DNA of 64,000 nt, taken from positions 160,001 to 224,000 of the forward strand of contig CAVYTU010000008.1 of the NCBI GenBank assembly GCA_963771465.1, given 5' to 3'. A model generated the notes under the pieces. It searched no databases. It was given only the letters and a program-made list of their open reading frames with translations, and was not told the origin of the DNA. This document shows, one piece after another, positions 1 through 8,913 of this stretch; position 1 is the stretch's first letter; every line of letters starts with the position of its first letter. Source of the stretch: an uncultured delta proteobacterium (GTDB lineage: Bacteria > Desulfobacterota > Binatia > UBA9968). A program made the translations under genes and the position numbers.

Positions 1-630
1 GAGACCGAGCTGGCTCGCCCTGCCAAGATGAATCCGTTTAGTGTTTGCCCCGTCCCATGCGAATTCAAGCAGACCCGCCGAACTGGAGCCGGCGATGCCA
101 AGAGCGCTGACAAGACGGTCGCGATCCAGCCCGTATAACTTACCGACGGCGACGGCCGCCGCTAAAGGCCCCTGGGTTCCAGGATTATGAAAGCCGCGTT
201 CCGTTTCTAGACCCACCGCTGTTCGACCGATCCGGGCTGACACTTCCGCCCCCAAGATAAGCGCGGTCAGAAAACTCTTGCCATCCATATGCTCGCGTTC
301 GCAGACCGAGAAAACCGCGGGGAAAACCGTGCCAGCAGCGTGGGATCCGGTAAGCGGCTCACATTCGAAGCTGCCGATCATCGTGCCATTGGCCAGCGCC
401 GCGCGCGAGATGTCGGTTTTCCACGATTGGTTGATGACGGTAGCCTCTCGATTTCCGCCGAGCTCATGAACCAATTCCAATACAGTCTTGGCCCATGGTA
501 ACAGCGAGCCTATGAGAGCGGCGGCAAACGTATCGAGGACAAATATCTTAAAAGACGCTGCTAATTCGGCGGGAAGGTCTTCGTATCTAGTCGCGTGAAC
601 AAATTCTGCAATCTTAGTTGTCTCGTTCAT
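1..630 (-). CDS. MmgE/PrpD family protein (5' part, runs off window start)
   Basis: Manual translation from ATG at 630: MNETTKIAEFVHATRYEDLP...VLDTFAAAL...AALANG...H...RGFHNPGT...ALGIAGSSSAGL...TKRIHLG, typical MmgE/PrpD motifs. Absent from the ORF track because there is no stop in the window. Confidence 0.85.
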   Translation of the reverse strand, partial: MNETTKIAEFVHATRYEDLPAELAASFKIFVLDTFAAALIGSLLPWAKTVLELVHELGGNREATVINQSWKTDISRAALANGTMIGSFECEPLTGSHAAGTVFPAVFSVCEREHMDGKSFLTALILGAEVSARIGRTAVGLETERGFHNPGTQGPLAAAVAVGKLYGLDRDRLVSALGIAGSSSAGLLEFAWDGANTKRIHLGRASQLGL

Positions 631-689
631 GTCTTTCTCACATATAATACTGAGCGAGCGCTATCAATCGTGCAGCTAGTCAGCAACCT

Positions 690-949
690 AAAAAAACACG
701 GGATGACGAGAGAATGATCCGGCGGGCAACTGTTACGTTTATACCGTAGCGGAGAATTTTTTCAGCTCACTGAAGAATGAGCTCGTGCATCAGCATAGTT
801 TCAACCGAGATGAAACTCGAACAGAGAGTAATCGAGGTGTTCTACAATCGCCAGCGTAGACATTAATCGCTGAATTATCTCAGCCCTATGGACTAGAAAA
901 CTCGATGGCTGTTGCTTAACTTACTGTCCGTCAAATCCGGGCTAGATCA
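690..949 (+). mobile_element. IS3-family transposase C-terminal remnant with right inverted repeat
   Basis: Broken frames give GNCY..VAENFFSSLKNELVH and IEVFYNRQRRH.SLNYLSP, the IS3 integrase-core tail. It ends in TGTCCGTCAAATCCGGGCTAGATCA (IS3-type end finishing in CA at 949). Confidence 0.8.
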
Positions 950-977
950 ATTATTTGATCTTTGATTCATCATCTCT

Positions 978-2051
978 TCACTGCAAACCGAAGACGCTAT
1001 TATACAGCTTGATCAACTCCACCTGCTTGTCATCCCATTCGGACGAAGCGATCTGCATCTTCTTGCCTTTCAGATCGGCGAAGTAGTTGGCGTCTTTGCG
1101 GCTCGCCCACCTTCCTTGGCTTGCAAGCAAATCTTGACCGGGCTTGGAGAGCAGAAAATCCACGAACAACGCGGCCGCGTGGGGATGCGGCGCGCCGGCG
1201 GAAATGGAAACGGTCGTCGGTGTTTTCACCGGGACAAACGGTTCGGAAAAAACAAAATCCACCGGGGCTTTGGCGTTTCTCATTTGCAGCACTTCTTCGG
1301 GAAACGCGTCGATCACGATGGGAAATTCGCCGGCGACGGTGAGCTGCGCCAACAGCGTCGGACCGCGGCGAAAGTTGAGCTGCTGCTTGGCCAGTTTGCC
1401 GGTATATTCCAGTGCCTTGCCGCGGCCGTAGAAATCGATCAGCGACGCCAACCAATCGTAGTCGGTGGTATCCATGCCCATCTTGTCTTTCCACACCGGA
1501 TTCAGCAGATCGTCGAACGACTGCGGCGCTTTATCGCGCGCCACCATGCGTGTGTTAAAAAGAAACACCCGCGGCTGAGCATAGATACCGTTGACCCAAC
1601 CTTCCTTGTCGGCAAATCCTTCGCGCAGCGCCGCGCGCAGCGGCGTGCGATATCGCGCAATCGCGCCGGCCTTGGCCATCACGGCGACAAACGAGCGGCG
1701 CGTGTTGATGATATCGGCGCGCTGCTTTTTGGCGCGATGCTCGACCATCAATTGCTCGATCTGCCGGCTGGCGCCGCCGGGTTGGAAGCGAACTTTCAAG
1801 AACGGATACTTACTCTCGAAGACTTTGATCACTTCACCGGCGCGGTCGCTCGCCATCGCCGCGTACCAAACCACTTCGCCTTCCTTGCGCGCCTCTTTCT
1901 CGAGCGCTTCGGTCCGCGCCTTGTCAGGCAAACGATTGAGCTGATCCAAACGCTCTTCGACCGGCGCCGTCTGAGCCAGCGCTGCCGAAGGCGCGAGTAG
2001 CGATACCAGAGCGGCAAAAATATAAACCAGCATTTCTCTCTTCGCTTTCAT
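978..2051 (-). CDS. ABC transporter extracellular solute-binding protein (AfuA/iron-thiamine-like)
   Basis: Signal peptide, ARKEGEVVWY, DLLNPVWK and APHPHAAALFVDFLLSKPGQ motifs. Start MKAKREML chosen. Confidence 0.85.
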   Translation of the reverse strand: MKAKREMLVYIFAALVSLLAPSAALAQTAPVEERLDQLNRLPDKARTEALEKEARKEGEVVWYAAMASDRAGEVIKVFESKYPFLKVRFQPGGASRQIEQLMVEHRAKKQRADIINTRRSFVAVMAKAGAIARYRTPLRAALREGFADKEGWVNGIYAQPRVFLFNTRMVARDKAPQSFDDLLNPVWKDKMGMDTTDYDWLASLIDFYGRGKALEYTGKLAKQQLNFRRGPTLLAQLTVAGEFPIVIDAFPEEVLQMRNAKAPVDFVFSEPFVPVKTPTTVSISAGAPHPHAAALFVDFLLSKPGQDLLASQGRWASRKDANYFADLKGKKMQIASSEWDDKQVELIKLYNSVFGLQ

Positions 2052-2073
2052 GTTTAACCGATCTCCATTTGAA

Positions 2074-3069
2074 TCACTGCAATTGCGCGAAGAAGCCTTT
2101 TTTGTCGAGCTCGGCGACGATGCTGCTGTCCATAAAATCGCCCGGCTTCTTATTCTTGAACAGCGGATCGGTGAACGCGATCGCTTCCAACTCCAACTGC
2201 ACCGCATCCTCGCGCGCGTAGGGCTTGCTCGGCATCTTACCGAACGCCGCGTCGTAGACGACCTCGAGCCGTTTCGGGTCGGTCACTTTCATATACTTGG
2301 TGATCATTCGATAGCCCATGGGGCGATTTCTTTTGCCTACGGCGATGGCTTCGCTGATCGCCATGAAGAATTGGCGCAACAGCTCGCGGCGATTTTTCAC
2401 GGTCTCGGCGCGCGCCGATAGATCGCCGACGGTATTGTAAATCTTCATTTCGTCGAGATCGGCCAACATTTCCAGTTTCACCTTGGCCTGAGTCTCGGCG
2501 GCCAAAATACTTTCCGGGCTGCCGATGGTGGCGTCCATCCTCCCCTGGAGCATGAGCATGATGCGCTTGTCGGCTTCGCCGATGCCGGTGACGAGAATCT
2601 TGACGTCCTTATCCGGCGCGAGCCCGAGTTTCGACAGCGCACGGCGCAGCGCGAAATCGGTGCTGGCGCCGATACGGCTCGTGCCCACGGTCTTGCCGCG
2701 CAAATCGGTGACGCCTGGGTTAGCGATTAATTTGTAAATCGTGCCGCCGAAGCTACCGATGATGACGACCGGCAGTCCGCGCCCGGCAGCGACGATGGTT
2801 GACGAACCGGAACCGTTTACGACGTCCACTTCGCCGCTGACCAAGGCGCTGATCGCGGTATTGCCGGATGGGATGTTGATTAACTTGGCATCGAGGCCGT
2901 ACTTCTCGAAAATCTTGGCGTCTTGAGCGATCCACAGCGGCAAGCGAGTGCCCGACGCCGTCGCATAAGAAATCCGAATCGGCGCAAGCTGGGCCGCCGC
3001 GCGTTCCAACGGCGATGAGAAGCAGACCAAAATCAACGATAGCGTCAATGGAACCTTGCGGTGTCTCAT
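2074..3069 (-). CDS. ABC substrate-binding protein, NMT1/THI5/SsuA-like
   Basis: Signal peptide, PLWIAQDAKIFEKYGLD, DLRGKTVG, C-terminal DFMDSSIVAELDKKGF. Confidence 0.85.
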   Translation of the reverse strand: MRHRKVPLTLSLILVCFSSPLERAAAQLAPIRISYATASGTRLPLWIAQDAKIFEKYGLDAKLINIPSGNTAISALVSGEVDVVNGSGSSTIVAAGRGLPVVIIGSFGGTIYKLIANPGVTDLRGKTVGTSRIGASTDFALRRALSKLGLAPDKDVKILVTGIGEADKRIMLMLQGRMDATIGSPESILAAETQAKVKLEMLADLDEMKIYNTVGDLSARAETVKNRRELLRQFFMAISEAIAVGKRNRPMGYRMITKYMKVTDPKRLEVVYDAAFGKMPSKPYAREDAVQLELEAIAFTDPLFKNKKPGDFMDSSIVAELDKKGFFAQLQ

Positions 3070-3115
3070 ATACGCGTCCGAATCTACTTACACCTCACCC
3101 TTAACCCCTATCCAT

Positions 3116-4108
3116 TTATTTCCGATACAGCGCGTCGATAAACCCCTGCTTGTCCAATTTCTCGACGGTCTTGGTATTGATGAATTGGCCGGGAGTCGCT
3201 TTGCGCGCGTCCGCTCGTTTCGACCAGTCGAGAATGGTCTGAATGCCTTTTACCGATGGATACGGCTTTTCGTTGAGCAGCTTGACGTAGAAGCTGTAAC
3301 TCTCCTGGAGATCCTCGGCGTTTTCGATTTTCATGTATTTTTTTAGAATTGCCGGCGTCCTGACTTTTTCGGTCTTGTAGAAATGAATCCCTTCGATGAT
3401 CGACTTGATTACCGCCTCGGCGGCGACAGGCTCCGCTTCGAAGTACTTACGGCTGGTGATCAGCGCGGCGTTGGGCATCTCCGCGTCTTTCAATCCCGGC
3501 GCGTTTTCAAAAAATGTGTAGCCCGCCCGGCGCGCCGCCAGCGTGAACGGCGGCGTCAACGGCGCCGCGTCCACCTGGCCCAGTTGCAAAGCGGTATACC
3601 GGGTCGCCGTCGGACCGGTCGCCAGGTAACTCACATCGCGCTCGGGGTCCAATCCGGAAGCAGCGAGAATTATTTTCATGGTAAGAATCGCCGGACCGGC
3701 GAGACTGTTGACCGCGACCTTCTTGCCTTTGAGCTGGGCGATTTCTTTGATCTCGCGCCGGGCGACCAGGACTTGCGGCTCCTGATTGATTGGCGCCGCG
3801 ACGATATAAATCTCCGCGCCGCCGAGCACGGCATCGACCACTCCGCCGCCGCCGGCATTGATGAAGTTCACGTCGTTGCTCACCAGCGCCTGAGTCGCCA
3901 GAATGCCGCCGCGCATATAAACCAGCTGCGCATTGATGCCGTTTTTTCTAAAGATGCCGGTCTCTTTGGCGATCCACGCCGGCGAGTACTGCGGCGAAAT
4001 CGACGTGTAGGCGATGGTGACGTTGGTGAGCGGCGCTTGCGCCGCGAACGCCGCGCTGTGGGCGGCACCGAGAACGATCAGCAGGGAGACTAAGCAGCGC
4101 GTTTTCAC
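3116..4108 (-). CDS. ABC substrate-binding protein, NMT1/THI5/SsuA-like
   Basis: GTG start (VKTRCLVSLL), PAWIAKETGIFRKNGI, LKGKKVAV, KPYPSVKGIQ. Confidence 0.85.
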   Translation of the reverse strand: MKTRCLVSLLIVLGAAHSAAFAAQAPLTNVTIAYTSISPQYSPAWIAKETGIFRKNGINAQLVYMRGGILATQALVSNDVNFINAGGGGVVDAVLGGAEIYIVAAPINQEPQVLVARREIKEIAQLKGKKVAVNSLAGPAILTMKIILAASGLDPERDVSYLATGPTATRYTALQLGQVDAAPLTPPFTLAARRAGYTFFENAPGLKDAEMPNAALITSRKYFEAEPVAAEAVIKSIIEGIHFYKTEKVRTPAILKKYMKIENAEDLQESYSFYVKLLNEKPYPSVKGIQTILDWSKRADARKATPGQFINTKTVEKLDKQGFIDALYRK

Positions 4109-4124
4109 CGGAATATCCGCGCGC

Positions 4125-5007
4125 TCACGAGGACCGTTTGGCCTCGGCACGGCGCACGGCCTCCGCGATGGCGCGGCGCAGAATGGCGCCCAGGACCTTT
4201 TTCTTGTATCCCGCTGCGCCACGCATGTCTTCGATGGGGTCGGCGTCTTCTTGAATCAACTGCCCCGCCGCCGCGATCAATTCCTGGGTAATTTTTTTGC
4301 CGCGCAGCAAATCTTCCACCGCGACGCCTTTGGTCGGCACGGCATGGCCGCCGGTGACACCGATGCCCACCTCAGTGCAAATACCGCCATCGTCGAGACT
4401 CAGCTGCACCGCCGCGCTGGCGATGGCGAAGTCACCGGCAACGCGTTCAAGCTTTAAATAGACACCGGCGCTGCGCTGATCCAACCCGGGGAAAATCACC
4501 TCGGTCAAAATTTCATCGCTCGCCAGCGCCGTCGTATAGGCGAAGGTAAAAAACTCCGCCGCAGGAATGATCCGTTCGCCGCGCGGGCTCAAGCATTTCA
4601 ATCGCGCGTTGAGCGCCAGGATAACCGCGCCGTAGTCGCCGCAAGGATCGGCTTCCGCCAAGCCGCCGCCGATGGTGCCGCGGTTGCGCACCTGCACGTC
4701 ACCGATTTCACTCGCCGCTTCATGGAGCATGGGCAGTTTCTCGCCAATGAGCGAAGACTCCTCGATCTCGATGTGGCGCGTCATCGCGCCAATGTGAATC
4801 GCGCCGGCACTTTCGCGAATATAATCGAGATCGGCGATGCGGTGGATGTCGATCAAATATTTCGGCCGCGCCACGCGCAGTTTCATCATCGGCACCAAAC
4901 TTTGGCCGCCGGCCAAAAGCTTCGCGTCGTCGCCATGCTCGCAGCAGCAGCGCGATCGCTTCGTCGATGCCGCTCGGCTTGAGATATTCAAAAGTTACTG
5001 GATACAT
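4125..5007 (-). CDS. Xanthine dehydrogenase/CoxM-family FAD-binding subunit (frameshift near 4945)
   Basis: MYPVTFEYLKPSGIDEAIALL (5007 frame) joins EHGDDAKLLAGGQSLVPMMKLR...QVRNRGTIGG (4991 frame). Confidence 0.85.
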
Positions 5008-5010
5008 TTT

Positions 5011-6039
5011 TCACGTCGCCTTCCGGGTGTATTCGTAGCGCATCGGGTCCCATTTGCTGGCGCGGATTTCTTCGTAGGCTTTCTTGACGAAACTGAAATC
5101 GTAGACTTGATCGACGCTCACGGCGCCTTTCACTCGGGTCGGCGCGCCCATGGCGCGCATCTGCTCGCGCACCCGTTCGATATTGGCGACCATCGACTCC
5201 TCGCTCGCCTGGCCGATTTTGGCCAGATCGGAGGCTTCTTTATCGCGCTGGCGATGGATTTCCCGCGCCTCGTTAAAGTCGCTCAAGCGCAACAACTCCA
5301 TGACGAATCGAACCGCCTCGTTGGCATTGCGATAGGAAAAGATCTGCCCTTTGAGCGTCGCCCGCACCACGCGCTGGATCTCGTCCCGGGCGGTTTGAAT
5401 CTTGTCATCGGTGGTTTCCAGATTGGCGCTGAGCGCCGACACGTAGTCGCCGCTATAGGCGAGTATGCGAAAGCCCTTGGCTTGCAGTTGGCGCGCCATG
5501 CCGATGGATATCATCGTCGCGTCCACCGTGCCGGACACCAGCGCGCCGGAGCGCATCGACGGCTCGCCCAAGGCGCGCATCTGCACGGTGTCGAGTGCGA
5601 TGCCGTTTTTGATCAGCAATTCGCGCAGGAGCAACGTCGAGTTCCCCGACGCGTCGGAAGTGGCGATCACCTTGCCCGCCATTTGCTTCATGTGGGTGAT
5701 TTTCGGCGCGACCACGAGATATTGCGACGGCTTGTCGGTGCTGATTTGGATGATCTTCATGCGCGCGCCGCCGAGGATCGCCGGGATGGAACCGCCGTTA
5801 CCGTAGTCCACCGCGCCGCTGACGACGACCTGGGTGGTCACCGTGCCGCGGGTCACGATCACGTCGACATCAAATCCTTCCTCGCGATAAAAGCCGAACC
5901 GCTGGGCGATCAGGTAGGGGAGCAGCGCTTCGCCGGGCGCCTTGGAGGCGATGCGGATTTTTTTCAACGCCTCGGCGCCGAAGGCCGGCGCCAGCGCGCC
6001 GCAAGAAAGCAGGACCACGATAAACAATCGAATCATCAT
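5011..6039 (-). CDS. ABC substrate-binding protein, NMT1/THI5-like
   Basis: Signal peptide, GFYREEGFDVDVI, VYDFSFVKKA; close paralogue of the next gene. Confidence 0.85.
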   Translation of the reverse strand: MMIRLFIVVLLSCGALAPAFGAEALKKIRIASKAPGEALLPYLIAQRFGFYREEGFDVDVIVTRGTVTTQVVVSGAVDYGNGGSIPAILGGARMKIIQISTDKPSQYLVVAPKITHMKQMAGKVIATSDASGNSTLLLRELLIKNGIALDTVQMRALGEPSMRSGALVSGTVDATMISIGMARQLQAKGFRILAYSGDYVSALSANLETTDDKIQTARDEIQRVVRATLKGQIFSYRNANEAVRFVMELLRLSDFNEAREIHRQRDKEASDLAKIGQASEESMVANIERVREQMRAMGAPTRVKGAVSVDQVYDFSFVKKAYEEIRASKWDPMRYEYTRKAT

Positions 6040-6063
6040 GTCGGTATTACCTTCCTGCGCCGG

Positions 6064-7089
6064 CTATTTCTTCACGTAGTCGTAGCGCATGGCGTCCCAC
6101 TTGCTGGCTTGGATTTCTTCGTAAGCTTTCTTCACGAAACTGAAGTCGTAAACCTGATCGAGGCTAAGCTTTTCTTTGAACCGGGCGCCGGCCCCGACCA
6201 TTTTCATCTGATCGCGCACTCGTTCGATATTGGTCATCAACGCCTCATCCGAAGCTCTACCGACTTGGGCCAACTCGGACGCCTGCTTAACCCGCGCCGT
6301 CCAAATCTCTCTGGCTTCGTTGACGTTGGACATACGCATCACTTCCATGATGAACTTCATCGTCTCGTTGGCATTGCGATGAAAGTAGAGATGGCCCTTC
6401 AAAGTCGCCTTGACCACCCGATAGACTTCGGCGGGTGAATTTAGAATCTTGTCGTCGGTGCTCTCCAAATTCGCGCTCAACGACGAGACATGATCGCCGC
6501 TGTAAGCGAGAATGCGAAATCCTTTGCCCTCGGCTTGCTTGGCCAAACTGAAGGACGCCATGGTGGCATCCACGGCGCCGCTCATGAGCGCGCCATAGCG
6601 CACCGCCTGCTCGCCGAGGGGACGCATCTGCACGCTTTCCACGGCTACGCCGTTTTTCGAAAGCATCTCGCGCAGTAACAACGTCGAATTGCCCGACGCG
6701 TCGGACACCGCGATGGTTTTTCCGGCGAGTTGTTTCAGGTTGGTGATCTTCGCCGAGCTGACCAGATGTTGCGCCGGCTTATCGGTGTTGATCAGCAGAA
6801 TCTTGATCCGCGCGCCGCCGAGCATCGCCGGAATCGAACCGCCGTTGCTGTAATCCACCGCGCCGCTCACCACCACTTGAGTCGTCACCGTGCCGCGCGT
6901 CACGATGACGTCGACGTCGAGACCTTCCTCTCGGTAAAATCCCAGCCGCTGCGGGATCAGGTAGGGCAATAGCGTTTCGCCGGCGCCCTTGGAGGCAATT
7001 CGCAGTTTCTTGAGAGCGTCGGCCGCCAATGCGGGCGCGGCAATCGAAACAGAAATCACTAATAGCGCGATGAAGATTCTCCTCTTCAT
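6064..7089 (-). CDS. ABC substrate-binding protein, NMT1/THI5-like
   Basis: Start MKRRIFIALL after GAGGA RBS; shares long identical blocks with 5011..6039. The N-terminal extension in the ORF track reads through a repeat. Confidence 0.85.
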   Translation of the reverse strand: MKRRIFIALLVISVSIAAPALAADALKKLRIASKGAGETLLPYLIPQRLGFYREEGLDVDVIVTRGTVTTQVVVSGAVDYSNGGSIPAMLGGARIKILLINTDKPAQHLVSSAKITNLKQLAGKTIAVSDASGNSTLLLREMLSKNGVAVESVQMRPLGEQAVRYGALMSGAVDATMASFSLAKQAEGKGFRILAYSGDHVSSLSANLESTDDKILNSPAEVYRVVKATLKGHLYFHRNANETMKFIMEVMRMSNVNEAREIWTARVKQASELAQVGRASDEALMTNIERVRDQMKMVGAGARFKEKLSLDQVYDFSFVKKAYEEIQASKWDAMRYDYVKK

Positions 7090-7128
7090 AAACTTTTCCT
7101 CAAGACTCGAAGTGGCTCCGCGAATCAA

Positions 7129-7222
7129 GGAAAATCTCCCCCGACCCCTCTTTTCCAAAGAGGGGCCAGGAATTGAAATCCGAAATCCCCCTTTGAAAAA
7201 GGGGGACAGAGGGGGATTTTCT
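7129..7222. repeat. REP-like inverted hairpin pair (AAAATCTCCC..CCCCTCTTTTCCAAAGAGGGG / CCCCCTTTGAAAAAGGGGG..GGGGGATTTT), copy 1
   Basis: Two ~36-nt units in inverted orientation, each with a C/G-run hairpin. Same family at 7508, 11334, 11841 and 30267. Confidence 0.85.
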
Positions 7223-7330
7223 TTGTGCGGCGATCGAACCGCTCTCAACAGCTTGTAATAATCCATTTGCGAATTCGCCTCTGCTTCGCTCGTCGAGCGG
7301 TCGACGCTGACACCGCCCGCGGTCGCTCGA

Positions 7331-7432
7331 CCTCACGCCCTCGGCCCGGCGAAGATGCGCGCGAGGTTTTCTTTTGCGCCGAAGTAAACATCATCACCGT
7401 GTCCGACCAAGAGCCGTTCCAAATCCAGATTC
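7331..7432 (-). pseudogene. Duplicated 3' tail of the MBL-fold hydrolase gene
   Basis: Near-identical to 7711..7812; differences are at third-codon positions and the stop (TGA vs TAG). Confidence 0.85.
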
Positions 7433-7507
7433 TTGTCATCATAAGCTCTCCGTCATAACTCGCATTTACTTCGACGAGCGGTAATTACGTGGTCGTGTCA
7501 TCGTCGT

Positions 7508-7596
7508 GGAAAATCTCCCCTGGCCCCTCTTTTCCAAAGAGGGGTAATTGGAATCAGCTCCCCCTTTGAAAAAGGGGGATAGAGGGGGATTTTCTT
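7508..7596. repeat. REP-like inverted hairpin pair, copy 2
   Basis: GGAAAATCTCCCCTGGCCCCTCTTTTCCAAAGAGGGG...CCCCCTTTGAAAAAGGGGGATAGAGGGGGATTTTC. Confidence 0.85.
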
Positions 7597-7712
7597 GGCA
7601 CAGCAAGCAAACCTTCCGCGACAACTCTTATTCATACCCACTCACTGTTCGAGCATGATTTGCACACCATGCAATCGAAATGGTCACCGCCGTCGATACC
7701 TTCGCTCACTAC

Positions 7713-8381
7713 CTAAGCCCTCGGCCCGGCGAAGATGCGCGCGAGGTTTTCTTTTGCGCCGAAGTAAACATCATCACCGTGTCCAACCAAGAGCCGTTCC
7801 AAATCCAGATTCATGCCGATCAGGCGCCGCACGCTTTCATGCGCCGCTTCGGGGTCGGAGGACAGATAGGTTGGCGACACCATCAAATGCTCGCCGGCGC
7901 TGACGATGGCGTCGCCGGCGATCATCGTCTTGATGCGCGGCAGATGCAGGCTGATATGGCCCGCGGTATGGCCCGGCGTATGAATGACGTTGATGCCGCC
8001 GCAGTCGGGCAAACGCTCGCCGCCTTTGACGATATGTTCGACGTCGTAGCCGGTCTGCTTTTGGATCGCCGGCATATCGAGCTCGTGGGCCAGCACGTCG
8101 AACTTGAGGATCTTTTTGAGTTTATTGAGCCCGCCGGTGTGATCGCCGTGGCGGTGGGTCAGCACGCAGAGCTTTAAATCTTCGTGTTTGTGATCCATGT
8201 CCTTGATGGCGTCCATAATAATATCCGCGTCGGCGTCCGACGCGCCGGTGTCGACCAAGATCACCCGGCGATCGTCGCCGGCGAGGAGAAAAGATTTAAC
8301 CACGCCGCGATGACCGACGGCGATCCTACAGGGAATGATTTTCACGCCGTCGATGGCAATGTCTTTGAGAATACTGACCAT
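7713..8381 (-). CDS. MBL-fold metallo-hydrolase
   Basis: LVDTG, HRHGDH (HxHxDH), HTPGHTAGH, AGDA and GHG motifs. Confidence 0.9.
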   Translation of the reverse strand: MVSILKDIAIDGVKIIPCRIAVGHRGVVKSFLLAGDDRRVILVDTGASDADADIIMDAIKDMDHKHEDLKLCVLTHRHGDHTGGLNKLKKILKFDVLAHELDMPAIQKQTGYDVEHIVKGGERLPDCGGINVIHTPGHTAGHISLHLPRIKTMIAGDAIVSAGEHLMVSPTYLSSDPEAAHESVRRLIGMNLDLERLLVGHGDDVYFGAKENLARIFAGPRA

Positions 8382-8432
8382 GTTCTCGCTCCGCTCAAAA
8401 TCTCAAGCTCAGATTTTGAAATTTGAAATCTG

Positions 8433-8909
8433 TCATTTGGAATTTTCGAATGAGGCCGCCGCCTCTTTGATCGCCGCGACGATATTGCCGTAGCCGGTGC
8501 AGCGGCAAAGATTTCCCGAGATCGCTTTTTTGATCTGCTCGTCGTTGGGCTTGCTGTTTTTGGCTAGCAGGCCGTAAGCCGACATCAGCATGCCCGGAGT
8601 GCAGTAGCCGCACTCCACCGCGTCTTTATTCCAAAACGCCGCTTGCAGCGGATGCAGCCGTTTGTCCTCGGCCAAGCCTTCGACGGTGACGATTTCATCG
8701 CCGTCCGCCTGCACGGCGAAAACCATGCACGACTTCACCGCCGTACCGTTCCACATCACCGTACAGGCGCCGCAGCGGCCGACCACGCAGCCGAGGTGCG
8801 TGCCGGTCAGTCTCAAGCCATCGCGAAGGAAATGCGCCAGCAACGTGCGCGGCTCCGCCTCCCCCGCATAGGGCTTGCCGTTTACCGTCATAGAAATTGT
8901 TTTGGCCAT
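8433..8909 (-). CDS. (2Fe-2S)-binding small subunit, CoxS/xanthine dehydrogenase family
   Basis: GCVVGRCGACTV, CGYCTPGM and GNLCRCTGY motifs. Confidence 0.92.
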   Translation of the reverse strand: MAKTISMTVNGKPYAGEAEPRTLLAHFLRDGLRLTGTHLGCVVGRCGACTVMWNGTAVKSCMVFAVQADGDEIVTVEGLAEDKRLHPLQAAFWNKDAVECGYCTPGMLMSAYGLLAKNSKPNDEQIKKAISGNLCRCTGYGNIVAAIKEAAASFENSK

Positions 8910-8913
8910 GGTT

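Noticed and set aside
4837-6438. 533-aa plus-strand ORF and many similar long ORFs opposite real genes
   Set aside because: These are antisense shadows of high-GC coding genes with no recognisable motifs.
7089-7266. N-terminal extension of the 6064 SBP in the ORF track (PPLSPFFKGG...)
   Set aside because: It is read-through of the REP-like repeat; the RBS and signal peptide indicate a start at 7089.
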